Shown here piece after piece: positions 10,359 through 21,691 of a stretch of DNA of 64,000 bases (position 1 is its first letter; each line of letters starts with the position of its first letter). A program made the translations under genes and the position numbers. Source of the stretch: Alphaproteobacteria bacterium (GTDB lineage: Bacteria > Pseudomonadota > Alphaproteobacteria > SP197); contig OZ219920.1 of assembly GCA_964291415.2 (NCBI GenBank), positions 736,001-800,000 of the forward strand, read 5' to 3'. The notes below the pieces were generated by a model. That model made no database searches and had not been told where the DNA came from. It saw nothing but the letters and a program-made list of their open reading frames with translations.

Positions 10359-12017
10359 TCAGCGCTGGTGCGTTTCCCACTCGGGGTGGATCCACACCGG
10401 GGCGTCGGAAGGTTCCGGTGGGGGACGTCCGAGAATCATGTCGCTGGCCTTTTCCGCGATCATGATGACGGGGGCATTGAGGTTGCCCGAGACGATGTCC
10501 GGCATGACCGAGGCGTCCACCACCCTCAGGCCCTCGACGCCGTGGACCTTCAGTTCCGGATCGACGACGCTCCCCATGGCGCAGGTGCAGGAGGGGTGGT
10601 AGCTCGATTCGCACGTGTCGCGGATCCATGCTTCGAGTTCGGCATCCGTCTGCCTGTCGTCACCGGGCCAGATCTCCTGGCCGCGGTAGCGCTCGAAGGC
10701 CTTCGCGGCCAGGATCTCCCGGGTCAGGCGGACAGCATCGATGAGGCCTCGCACGTCCTCGGGTTCCTTGAGGTAGTTGAAGAGGATTTCGGGCGCCTGG
10801 CGCGGATCGGCGCTGCGGATCCTGACATGTCCTCGAGAGAGCGGCCGCATGATGTCGACCATGGCCTGGAAACCATGAATGCGGTTCACGTTGAAGGCGT
10901 CGTAGGTCATGGCCATCGGCAGGAAATGATACTGGATGTCGGGGTGTTCGATGCCGGCGCGGCTGCGGATGAATCCACCCGATTCCATGTGATTGGACGT
11001 TGCCGGCCCTGACTTGCTGAGGAACCACTCGAGGCCGACCTTCAGCTTGCCAAGGGGTGTCAGGTGGCGCAGCAGACTGACCGGCTCCCTGCATTCGTGC
11101 TGGACAAAGACCTCGAGGTGGTCCTGAAGGTTCTCACCCACGTCCGCCAGGTCGACGTGCGCCGTGATGCCGACATCGGCGAGACGGTCGGCGTGGCCGA
11201 TGCCCGAGAGCTGCAGGATCTGGGGCGAGTTGATGGCGCCGCCCGCGAGAATGACCTCGCGCGTGGCGCGAACCTTCAGGACCTCGTTGCGGTGAACATA
11301 CTCGACGCCGATCGCCTGCCCGTTCTCGATGAGAATGCGGGTCACGAGCGCCCGGGTGGCAAGCGAGAGATTGGGCCGGCGAAGCGCCGGCCTCAGGTAT
11401 GCCGTCGCCGTGCTCCAGCGCCGGCCGTTGCGGGTCGTGCGGTCCATGGCCCCGATGCCCTCCTGGCGGAAGCCGTTGAGGTCGGAACTCTCGGCATAAC
11501 CCTGCTCCACGGCCGCCGCCGTGAAGGCCTGGTGCAGCGGGTTGCTCCCGAGGCGGCCGGAGGTGACATGGAGAGGCCCGTCTCCGCCGTGGTAGTCGTC
11601 GCTCCCCTTCTCGTGGGTTTCGGCCCGCCGGAAATAGGGCAGGACGTCGCGATAGGACCAGCCGCGGCAGCCGCGCTGCGCCCACTTGTCATAGTCGAGG
11701 GCATGGCCGCGAATGTAGACCATGCCGTTGATCGAACTCGATCCGCCGAGCACACGGCCCCTGGGGCAGTGGATCACCCTGCCATTGAGCCAGGGTTCCG
11801 GTTCGGTGTGATAGAACCAGTTGAAACGATCGTCGCGCAACGGCCAGGCGAAGGCCGTCGGCATGTGGATCATCCAGCTGAAGAGGCCGCGGTCCGCCGG
11901 TCCGGCCTCGAGCACCAGCACCCGGTTCGCGGGATCGGCGGAGAGCCTGTTCGCCAGGGTCGAGCCGGCTGATCCGGAACCGACGATGACGAACTCGGTG
12001 TCGTGATCGAAAGTCAT
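10359..12017 (-). CDS. betA: Choline dehydrogenase (GMC oxidoreductase)
   Basis: GSGSAG, RGRVLGGSSSINGMVYIRG, VGENLQDHLE, YHPSCTC, GNLNAPVIMIAEK. Confidence 0.88.
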   Translation of the reverse strand: MTFDHDTEFVIVGSGSAGSTLANRLSADPANRVLVLEAGPADRGLFSWMIHMPTAFAWPLRDDRFNWFYHTEPEPWLNGRVIHCPRGRVLGGSSSINGMVYIRGHALDYDKWAQRGCRGWSYRDVLPYFRRAETHEKGSDDYHGGDGPLHVTSGRLGSNPLHQAFTAAAVEQGYAESSDLNGFRQEGIGAMDRTTRNGRRWSTATAYLRPALRRPNLSLATRALVTRILIENGQAIGVEYVHRNEVLKVRATREVILAGGAINSPQILQLSGIGHADRLADVGITAHVDLADVGENLQDHLEVFVQHECREPVSLLRHLTPLGKLKVGLEWFLSKSGPATSNHMESGGFIRSRAGIEHPDIQYHFLPMAMTYDAFNVNRIHGFQAMVDIMRPLSRGHVRIRSADPRQAPEILFNYLKEPEDVRGLIDAVRLTREILAAKAFERYRGQEIWPGDDRQTDAELEAWIRDTCESSYHPSCTCAMGSVVDPELKVHGVEGLRVVDASVMPDIVSGNLNAPVIMIAEKASDMILGRPPPEPSDAPVWIHPEWETHQR

Positions 12018-12093
12018 GGACGACTCCGGGGACCGGAATGAAGGGAGCCGCGGCATCCACCGCGGCTCCCGTCGGATCATCCGGATGGTACGC

Positions 12094-14053
<1,960 letters not shown>

Positions 14054-14100
14054 GTTGCAACCTCCTGTATGAATATGATTCCTTGCTGGGTTCAAGCGTA

Positions 14101-14127
14101 TTGGCACTCACCTGGGGAGAGTGCCAA
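14101..14127. promoter_or_regulatory. CIRCE element (HrcA operator) upstream of groESL copy 1
   Basis: TTGGCACTC-N9-GAGTGCCAA. Confidence 0.95.
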
Positions 14128-14132
14128 CAGTG

Positions 14133-14160
14133 ATGTAGGAGTCAGACCGGCGAGTTCAAG
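14133..14160 (-). promoter_or_regulatory. Putative RpoH (sigma32)-type promoter of groESL copy 1
   Basis: Minus strand CTTGAA-N15-CCTACAT directly upstream of CIRCE; resembles the alphaproteobacterial RpoH consensus. Confidence 0.6.
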
Positions 14161-14204
14161 GGGCAAAGCGCCGGCGGGCAAAATAAATTGCCGAGGCCGC
14201 GCCT

Positions 14205-15452
14205 TCAGGTGGCGGAGCGTCTGGTGACGGCGAGAGCGCGGCGGTCGAGTTCTCCTTCGATGTCGGCCAGGTCCACACCGGCGCGGACTGCTGCGACGAG
14301 GGCAAAGAAGATGACATCGGCCGCCTCGTGGATGACGTCGGCCCGTGTTCCGGCCGCGGCCAGTTCCCCGGCTTCCTCGAGGAGCTTGGCCTCGAGGACT
14401 GCCGGCTCGCTGAAGAGCCGGGCCGTGTAGGAGCCGGCGGGCGCGTCCGCCAGGCGTCCGGCGAGAACGCGGGCAAGGGCCGGAAGACCCGCGTCGTCCC
14501 CCCAGCAGGTATGGGTTCCGAGGTGACAGAAACCGCTGCCCGCCTGGTGCACGGTGAACTTCAGGGCGTCGCGGTCACAGTCGGGATCGATCCTCAGCAG
14601 TTCCTGGGTGGCGCCCGACGTCTCGCCCTTGATCCAGAGACCCCGCGTGCGCGAATGGTAGACACCCGCCTTCCGGTCGACGGCGGCCCGCAGGCTCTCG
14701 GCATCCGACCACGCCAATCCCAGGGCCCGCTGGTGCTCGTCAACCACGACGGTCGGCCACAGGCCATCCGGCCGGTCGCTCACCAGCGGCGCGGCAATGG
14801 CATCGGCCAGGTGAAGGGCGCCCGAATAGAGCGCCATCCCAACCTGGGCGTCGATCCCGGCTCGATCGGCCGTGGCGATTTCCAGGGGGTCGGTGAACCC
14901 GCCTGCCACCGTCAGGCGGGCATCGCCCGCCGCTCCGGCGAGGGCAAGGGCGCGGTCGAGATCGGTTCCTTCCATCCTCCCCTCGCGCTCGACGAAGGTG
15001 ACGAGAAAGCCGCCGGCAAGGTCGTGGAGTCTTGCCATCCCGGCCTCCACGGTCTCGCCGCTTCGCGTCGTCCAGCCGTGGGTGACCACCTCGTCATGCA
15101 GCGCATCGAGGGCAACGATGACCCGCCGGCGCGGCAGCTGCGAAAGAATCTCCGGCGTGGCGGCAGTCCCGAGAATGATCCTGCGGGCGCCGGCATCGAG
15201 CCAGTGCCGCGCCGTGTCGACGTCCCGGATACCGCCTCCGACACGGCAGGGAGCCATGCGCACGAGCTCCTCGATGAGAGCCCGGTTGTGGCCGGTGCCG
15301 CGGGCGGCGTCGAGGTCGATGACGGCGATCTCGCCGGCCAGACGGAAGCGCTCGGCGATGGGCCGGGGATCGCCGGCCTCGATGCGGAGCTCCCTGCCGC
15401 CGACGAGCTGCACGGCCTGGCCGTTCGACAGGTCTATCGACGGGACGATCAT
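14205..15452 (-). CDS. hisA/hisIE: Trifunctional fusion: HisA-like isomerase barrel + HisI PR-AMP cyclohydrolase + HisE PR-ATP pyrophosphatase
   Basis: HisA part IVPSIDL, VIDLDAA, GGGIR, VALD; HisI part YHSRTR, WIKGETSG, DCDRDAL, FCH.GT.TCW; HisE part SYTARL, KLLEEAGE, EAAD; single open frame. Confidence 0.88.
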   Translation of the reverse strand: MIVPSIDLSNGQAVQLVGGRELRIEAGDPRPIAERFRLAGEIAVIDLDAARGTGHNRALIEELVRMAPCRVGGGIRDVDTARHWLDAGARRIILGTAATPEILSQLPRRRVIVALDALHDEVVTHGWTTRSGETVEAGMARLHDLAGGFLVTFVEREGRMEGTDLDRALALAGAAGDARLTVAGGFTDPLEIATADRAGIDAQVGMALYSGALHLADAIAAPLVSDRPDGLWPTVVVDEHQRALGLAWSDAESLRAAVDRKAGVYHSRTRGLWIKGETSGATQELLRIDPDCDRDALKFTVHQAGSGFCHLGTHTCWGDDAGLPALARVLAGRLADAPAGSYTARLFSEPAVLEAKLLEEAGELAAAGTRADVIHEAADVIFFALVAAVRAGVDLADIEGELDRRALAVTRRSAT

Positions 15453-16231
15453 GTGTGTGATCCCCGGGTGTGTCCGGGGACCGGCCGTGTCGGAATGCCC
15501 GCCCCTGCCATGGCCTGCTTGACGTCACCCACCGTGTAGTCGGAATCGTGGAAGATGGAGGCGGCCAGCACCGCATCGGCACCGTGACGCAGAGCCTCCA
15601 CGAGGTGGGCAGGCGAGTCGGCACCACCGGAGGCGATGACCGGAACCGGCACCGCAGCGGCCACGGCGGCGATGAGCCTGGTCTCGTAGCCGGAACGGGT
15701 GCCGTCACGATCCCAGCTGGTCAGGAGGATTTCGCCGGCGCCGTGTTCGACCGCCCGGACGGCCCAGTGAATGGCATCAAGACCCGTGCGCGTCCGGCCC
15801 GACAGCGTGACGACTTCCCAGCTCGCGCCGTTGGCGGCGGCATCGACGGCCACCACGGTGCACTGGCGGCCGAACCTTCCGGCAATCTCGCCCAGGAGTT
15901 CCGGTCTCGAAACAGCGGCGGTGTTGGCCGCGACCTTGTCCGCGCCGGCCTCGAGCAGGGCTCCGGCGTCGTCGAGCGACCTCACGCCGCCGCCCACGGT
16001 CAGCGGAATGCCCAGAGACTGGCGCACCGCCGCCACGGCATCACGGGCATTGTGGCGGCCTTCCGGCGTTGCCGACACGTCCAGCATGACGATTTCGTCG
16101 GCACCCTGGCGTTCGTAGGCCCTGGCCAGTTCCACGGGATCGCCGGCGTCCCTCAACCCCTGGAAGCGGACGCCCTTGACGACGCGTCCGGCGTCGACAT
16201 CGAGACAGGGAATGACCCGTGCGGTCAGCAC
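15449..16231 (-). CDS. hisF: Imidazole glycerol phosphate synthase cyclase subunit
   Basis: RVIPCLDV, GRVVKG, PLTVGGG, GEILLTS.DRDG, IASGG, LAASIFH. Confidence 0.95.
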   Translation of the reverse strand: MLTARVIPCLDVDAGRVVKGVRFQGLRDAGDPVELARAYERQGADEIVMLDVSATPEGRHNARDAVAAVRQSLGIPLTVGGGVRSLDDAGALLEAGADKVAANTAAVSRPELLGEIAGRFGRQCTVVAVDAAANGASWEVVTLSGRTRTGLDAIHWAVRAVEHGAGEILLTSWDRDGTRSGYETRLIAAVAAAVPVPVIASGGADSPAHLVEALRHGADAVLAASIFHDSDYTVGDVKQAMAGAGIPTRPVPGHTRGSHT

Positions 16232-16830
16232 GGCGTGGCCAGCCAGCGGCGGATCAGTGCTTCACCCCAGCAACCGGACAGTTCCGGATGAAACTGGCAG
16301 GCGACAAGGGCATCGCGCTCGAGTGCGGCAACGAAGGGTCCGCCATGGTCCGCCATGGCGGCACACCAGCCGCGAGGCGCGCTTTCGAGACGATAGGAGT
16401 TGGCAAAGTAGGCATGGCCGGCGACGAGTGTCCTGCAACCGTTTCCGGGCGCCAGGCTGTTCCAGCCGAACTGGGGAACCCGCACCCCTTCCGGAAACCG
16501 CGTCACGGCGTCATCGATGAGGCCGAGACCGGCGGCCCCCGGAGATTCCTCGCTGGACCGGCACAGCAGCTGGAATCCGACGCAGATGGCGAGAAGCGGT
16601 TTCCCGCTGTCGATGTGTTCCCTCAGGGCGTCGGCGGTACCGGCGCCGCGGAGCGTATCCATGGCCGCGCCAAAGGTTCCCACGCCAGGCAGCACGACAT
16701 GGGTGGCAGCCCGGATCTCGTCAGGTGAGCGGCCGGTGCGGGGCAGGCCGCCGGCACGCCTGAGCGCGGCCAGGACCGAGGCCAGGTTGGCTGTTCCGGT
16801 ACGGCAGACGACGACGTCCGGCACGGTCAC
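16225..16830 (-). CDS. hisH: Imidazole glycerol phosphate synthase glutaminase subunit
   Basis: LPGVG, ICVGFQLL, QFHPELS catalytic triad. Confidence 0.93.
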   Translation of the reverse strand: MTVPDVVVCRTGTANLASVLAALRRAGGLPRTGRSPDEIRAATHVVLPGVGTFGAAMDTLRGAGTADALREHIDSGKPLLAICVGFQLLCRSSEESPGAAGLGLIDDAVTRFPEGVRVPQFGWNSLAPGNGCRTLVAGHAYFANSYRLESAPRGWCAAMADHGGPFVAALERDALVACQFHPELSGCWGEALIRRWLATPC

Positions 16831-17414
16831 AGACGACCCTTCGTGCTCGGGATCTCGTCGTGGCCGTCGAGGGCGACCGCGTGGCGCAAGGCGACGGCGA
16901 CCGCCTTGAAGGCGGCTTCGGCGCGGTGATGGTCGTTGATTCCGCGCAGCACGTCGACATGAAGCGTGAGTTGCCCGGCCATGGCGAAACTCGAGAGAAC
17001 GTGGGGGATCATCTCGGCTGCCGTGTCGCCGATGCGCTCGCGTCGGAGACCCAGCTCGACATGCGCAAAGGGACGCCCGGAAAGATCGATCACCGCCCGC
17101 GCCACGGCTTCGTCGAGCGGCACATGGGCATCGGCGAAGCGGCGGATGCCGCGCTTGTCCCCCAGGGCTTCGTCGACCGCCGCACCGAGTGCCAGGGCAC
17201 AGTCTTCCGCCGTGTGATGATCGTCGACGTCCAGGTCACCCTCGGCGTGAAGCGCCACATCCATGCGGCTGTGCCGCGTCAGGGAGTCGAGGAGGTGGTC
17301 GAGAAAGCGCAGGCCGGTGACGACGTCGCTCTTGCCGGTGCCGTCAAGATTGACGGTGACCGTCACGGCGGTTTCGCGGGTCGAGCGGCTGACTGTCGCA
17401 ACGCGTTCCATCAT
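16827..17414 (-). CDS. hisB: Imidazoleglycerol-phosphate dehydratase
   Basis: GDLDVDDHHTAED, NDHHRAEAAFKA, PSTKG. Confidence 0.95.
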   Translation of the reverse strand: MMERVATVSRSTRETAVTVTVNLDGTGKSDVVTGLRFLDHLLDSLTRHSRMDVALHAEGDLDVDDHHTAEDCALALGAAVDEALGDKRGIRRFADAHVPLDEAVARAVIDLSGRPFAHVELGLRRERIGDTAAEMIPHVLSSFAMAGQLTLHVDVLRGINDHHRAEAAFKAVAVALRHAVALDGHDEIPSTKGRL

Positions 17415-17444
17415 GGTTCTCCCGTGCCCCGATGACCCGTGGCC

Positions 17445-18323
17445 TCATGCCACGATGTTGCTGATGGGGCTGACGACAATGTCGGTGCCGCCCATTGCCT
17501 TGATGCGCGGAATGATACGCGCCAGCCTGTCGCGAGGCACAGCCGCCTTGACGGCGTAGCCGCTGTTTCCGTGAAGCGGCGAGATGGTGGGTTCGCGCAT
17601 CGAGGGCAGGCAGGCAACGACCGGCTCGAGGTGATCGGCTGTGACGTTCACTTCGACCATCACCCTCCGTCGGGCATCGATGACCGACCGGATCATCATC
17701 GCAAAACTCGAGATGGCGTCGCGCTTGCCCGCATCGTCAAGGGCTGCCGGATGCGCGAACAGGCGCGTCGACGAGGTCAGGATGGAGGCGACAATCTCCA
17801 GTCCGTTGGCGCGCAGTGTGGCCCCCGTTGCCGAGTTGTCGACAATGCAGTCGGCATCCTCCGGCGGGAACACCTCGGTGGCTCCGTAAGAGCGCACAAA
17901 CGTCGCTTCGAGAGATGCCTCGGCAATCCACGAGCGTGTCAGGCGCTCGTATTCGCTCGCCACCATGAGGTGACGGTCGGGCAACCGGCCTCTGTCCAGG
18001 ATCCTTGTCGGCGCCGCGGCAACGAGTTCGACCGGATCGAGACCGGTATCAACGAGCTCGACGAGGTCAGCCTCCTTCTCGATCACCCAGTCGCGCCCGG
18101 CAAACCCGATGTCCCGGCTGCCGATGTGGAGCATCTCGACGATGTTCTGTGGCTTGAGAAGCTTGGCATCGAAATCAGGCAGCGAAATCGCCGGCCGGTA
18201 GTCGCGGGCGCTGGTGACGCGCCCCGAGCGGACGTGAATGCCGGCATCCTCGAGGAGGGCATGGACATTGTCCTGCATGCGGCCCTTGGGGAGACCGAGG
18301 CGGATGATGGGGGCGGCCGTCAT
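17445..18323 (-). CDS. hisG: ATP phosphoribosyltransferase, long form with C-terminal regulatory domain
   Basis: RLGLPKGR, DIGFAGRDW, GATE, IVD..ATGATLRANGL, C-terminal LPSMREPTISPL…GGTDIVV. Confidence 0.93.
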   Translation of the reverse strand: MTAAPIIRLGLPKGRMQDNVHALLEDAGIHVRSGRVTSARDYRPAISLPDFDAKLLKPQNIVEMLHIGSRDIGFAGRDWVIEKEADLVELVDTGLDPVELVAAAPTRILDRGRLPDRHLMVASEYERLTRSWIAEASLEATFVRSYGATEVFPPEDADCIVDNSATGATLRANGLEIVASILTSSTRLFAHPAALDDAGKRDAISSFAMMIRSVIDARRRVMVEVNVTADHLEPVVACLPSMREPTISPLHGNSGYAVKAAVPRDRLARIIPRIKAMGGTDIVVSPISNIVA

Positions 18324-18599
18324 GGTCGATGAGGCATGTGAGGGGGCAGGAAGTCGCCGGAAAGTCAGCGATCGAAGCGCCAAAGTCAACCGCAGGCTGG
18401 CGATCCGGCAGACGCGGCGTCTCCGGTTGTGCGTCGGCTCGGGGTCTGGAGTAGACTTCGCCGCCGTTTGCGGAAAGGGAGTGCCGGTCATGACCGTCTG
18501 GGGATCCGATCATGTGAACTTCGTTCACGCGTGCAGGCGCTTTGAGCGCACGCCGGGAGAAGTCCGGCGCCATCCGGTCCGCGAGGTCGGGGGGTCGAG

Positions 18600-19685
18600 A
18601 TGAAGATCGATGGAGTTGCCTGGCGGTCGATCCAGGTCGCGGACGATGCGAGGACGGTCATCATCATCGACCAGACCTGTCTGCCGCACCGGTTCGTGAC
18701 GACAACGCTCACCTCTCTCGAGGATGCGGCGCATGCGATTCGTGCCATGCAGGTGCGGGGAGCGCCGCTGATCGGCGCCACCGCCGCCTACGGCATGGCG
18801 CTGGCGATGCGGCAGGATGCGTCGGACAAGGCCATGAACGATGCGGCCCGGACCCTCCTCGCCACCCGGCCGACGGCGGTCAACCTGCGATGGGCCGTCG
18901 AACGCGTTCTCGCCCGACTGACCCCGCTTGACCGGAGTGCCCGCGAGGACGAGGCCTACGCTCTCGCGGCGGAGATCTGTGACGAGGATGCGGCGATCTG
19001 CGAGGCGATCGGCGAGCACGGACTGGCGATCCTGAAGGACCATCACGAGGAAACCGGCCAGCCGGTCCAGGTCATGACCCACTGCAATGCCGGTTGGTTG
19101 GCGACTGTCGACTGGGGTACCGCCCTGGCGCCGGTCTACAAGGCTCATGATGCCGGTGTTCCGGTCCATGTCTGGGTCTCCGAGACGCGTCCGAGGAACC
19201 AGGGAGCGTCGCTGACGGCCTGGGAGCTGGCGCGTCACGGAGTGCCGCACACGCTTGTTGTCGACAACGCCGCCGGACATCTCATGCGCACCGGCCGGGT
19301 CGACATGACCATCACCGGAGCCGACCGTGTCACCGCCTCGGGCGATGTCTGCAACAAGATCGGAACCTATCTCAAGGCGCTGGCGGCACACCGGCACGGT
19401 CTGCCGTTTTATGCCGCACTGCCGTCACCGACCATCGACTGGCGTCTCATGGACGGCGATGCCATACCCATCGAGGAACGAGGCGGCGGCGAGGTGACCA
19501 CAGTGACCGGCTGTGCCGCGGACGGGACCGTCGGGCCGGTCGCGATTGCGCCCGAAACGACGATGCCGGAGAACCCGGCCTTCGACGTCACGCCGGCCGA
19601 ACTCGTGACCGGGCTGATTACCGAGCGGGGCCTGTGCGATGCCAGTGCCGGATCCCTTGCCGGCCTGTTCGCCGATCAGGCCTGA
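18600..19685 (+). CDS. mtnA: S-methyl-5-thioribose-1-phosphate isomerase
   Basis: MQVRGAPLIG, RPTAVNL, THCNAGWLA, ETRPRNQG, NKIGTY, NPAFDVTP. Confidence 0.93.
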   Translation: MKIDGVAWRSIQVADDARTVIIIDQTCLPHRFVTTTLTSLEDAAHAIRAMQVRGAPLIGATAAYGMALAMRQDASDKAMNDAARTLLATRPTAVNLRWAVERVLARLTPLDRSAREDEAYALAAEICDEDAAICEAIGEHGLAILKDHHEETGQPVQVMTHCNAGWLATVDWGTALAPVYKAHDAGVPVHVWVSETRPRNQGASLTAWELARHGVPHTLVVDNAAGHLMRTGRVDMTITGADRVTASGDVCNKIGTYLKALAAHRHGLPFYAALPSPTIDWRLMDGDAIPIEERGGGEVTTVTGCAADGTVGPVAIAPETTMPENPAFDVTPAELVTGLITERGLCDASAGSLAGLFADQA

Positions 19686-19737
19686 CTGCTCCGCCGTCAC
19701 CACCGGTCGCGGAGATGTCCATCATCGGGAGAATGTC

Positions 19738-20139
19738 ATGAGTGAGATGTACGAGAAGGGCCTGGCCAACCGGCGCGAAGTCCTCGGAGCCGACTACGTC
19801 GACAGGGCGATCAACGGAGCCGACCGGTTCAACGCCGGCTTCCAGAATCTGCTGACCACCTATTGCTGGGGGGAGATCTGGAGCGGAGAAGGTCTCGACC
19901 GTCGCCAACGCAGTCTCAACAACCTGTGCATGACGGCGGCTTCCGGACGCATGCACGAGTTCGAGTTGCACTTCAGGGGCGCGCTGCGCAACGGTGTCAC
20001 CCTGGCGGCGTTGCGTGACACGCTGATGCAGATCGCCGTCTACTGCGGCATGCCGGCCGGAGTCGAGAGCTTCCGCATCGCCCGCAGTGTGTTTGCCGAA
20101 CTGGGCATTGATCCGGAGACGGACGACAGCCTTGGCTGA
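19738..20139 (+). CDS. Carboxymuconolactone decarboxylase (CMD) family protein
   Basis: GLANRREVLGADYV, YCWGEIW, HFRGALRNG, AVYCGMPA. Confidence 0.85.
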   Translation: MSEMYEKGLANRREVLGADYVDRAINGADRFNAGFQNLLTTYCWGEIWSGEGLDRRQRSLNNLCMTAASGRMHEFELHFRGALRNGVTLAALRDTLMQIAVYCGMPAGVESFRIARSVFAELGIDPETDDSLG

Positions 20140-21463
20140 GCCGCTCCTTCCGGCTGCAGGTCCGCGCATCCTGCGTCTGGCGAGCCTGTCGCCGGCAGAG
20201 CGCGATGCTCTCATGATTCGCCGGGCGCCCGACATGGCGCATCACGTGGAGCGGGCGAGGCCCATCGTCGAGGCGGTGCGCGGCGAGGGTGACCGGGCCC
20301 TGGTGAGGTTTGCGGAGCAATTCGACGGCGTTCGCATGTCGCGGGAACAGCTGAAAGTGGCGCCGCAGGATTTCGCCAGGGCACGCCAGAGCGTGCCGGA
20401 CGAGGTGGTTGACGCCCTCTCCATGGCGGCGGACCACATCCGTCTTGTTCACGAAAGGCAGCGTCCCCCAACCCTCGACATGGTCGAGGTCCGGCCCGGT
20501 GTCATGGCCGGAGACCGTCATGTGCCGATCGATTCCGTCGCCTGCTACGTGCCCCGCGGCAAGGGCGCATTCCCGTCCGTTGCCCTGATGACGACCATTC
20601 CGGCGGTCGTCGCCGGAGTGAAGAAGGTGGTGATCGTGACGCCGCCGGGACCCGGTGGTCAGTGCGATCCGGCTACCCTGGTGGCGGCCCGTCTGGCCGG
20701 TGTGGAAGAGGTCTGCCTTGCCGGGGGTGCGCAGGCGGTCGCCGCCGTCGCCTTCGGCACCGAAACCGTGCCGCGTTGCGTGCGCATCGTCGGACCCGGC
20801 TCACCGTGGGTCGGTGCCGCCATGACGTTGTGCGCGGACTTCATCGAGCCCGGACCGCCCGCCGGGCCGTCGGAGGCCGTGGTGTTCGCCGACGACACCG
20901 CGGATGTCGCGCGCGTGGCCCTCGATCTTCTCATCGAGGCGGAACACGGCGATGATTCGACCGTGTTTCTGGTCACCTGGAACGACGAGTTCGCCGAATC
21001 AGTGGCCGATGCCATCTCCGGACACCTCGAGAACCTGTCACCGGAGCGCCGGCACTACGCCGGCGCTGCGCTGGGCACCAACGGCGGCCTTGTCATTGCC
21101 GGCGATGCCGGGGACGCGCTTGATTTTGTCAATGCCTTCGCACCCGAACACCTGCAGATTGCCAGCCGCCGGCCCCGTGCATGGCTCGACGCCATCAGCA
21201 ATGCCGGCGAGATCCTGTTGGGTCAGGAAGCGCCGTTCTCCATGGCGAACTACATGATCGGCGTCAACGCGGTGCTGCCCACCGGCGGCAAGGCGGCGAG
21301 CCGGTCCGCCCTCGGGGTCGTGGACTTCCTCAAGCGCCAGTCCATCGCGGAGCTGACTCCTGCCGGTCACGACATCCTCGCATCCGCCACCCGTATCCTC
21401 GCGGACTACGAGGGATTTGACGCCCATGCCCTGGCGATCACGGCGCGCCGGCATCCGTCCTGA
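20132..21463 (+). CDS. hisD: Histidinol dehydrogenase family protein (divergent paralog type)
   Basis: CYVPRGKGAFPS, GGAQAVAA.AFGT, AGPSE, APEHL, LPTGG, EGFDAHA; TTG start at 20132 is inferred. Confidence 0.8.
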   Translation: MAEPLLPAAGPRILRLASLSPAERDALMIRRAPDMAHHVERARPIVEAVRGEGDRALVRFAEQFDGVRMSREQLKVAPQDFARARQSVPDEVVDALSMAADHIRLVHERQRPPTLDMVEVRPGVMAGDRHVPIDSVACYVPRGKGAFPSVALMTTIPAVVAGVKKVVIVTPPGPGGQCDPATLVAARLAGVEEVCLAGGAQAVAAVAFGTETVPRCVRIVGPGSPWVGAAMTLCADFIEPGPPAGPSEAVVFADDTADVARVALDLLIEAEHGDDSTVFLVTWNDEFAESVADAISGHLENLSPERRHYAGAALGTNGGLVIAGDAGDALDFVNAFAPEHLQIASRRPRAWLDAISNAGEILLGQEAPFSMANYMIGVNAVLPTGGKAASRSALGVVDFLKRQSIAELTPAGHDILASATRILADYEGFDAHALAITARRHPS

Positions 21464-21691
21464 CGTGTGAAGGGCCAGGCGCGGGAATCGTTGCGCAAGG
21501 GGCGTCAGTGATGGGACGAAGGACCGTGCCTGGGGCGTGGCGGCGCCAGACCGCCCTCTGGGGATAAAACCACCAAACCGCCATACGGCCACCAAGTGCT
21601 CATGATAATATTCGGACCGAGAGTGATCAGTGGGAATGTCCGGAGCGCGCCGGGTTCGGTCAGGGCTCGGCCGGGGCGATGGGGAGCAATC

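Noticed and set aside
18324-18599. His attenuator leader upstream of hisG
   Set aside because: No His-codon run or terminator hairpin seen
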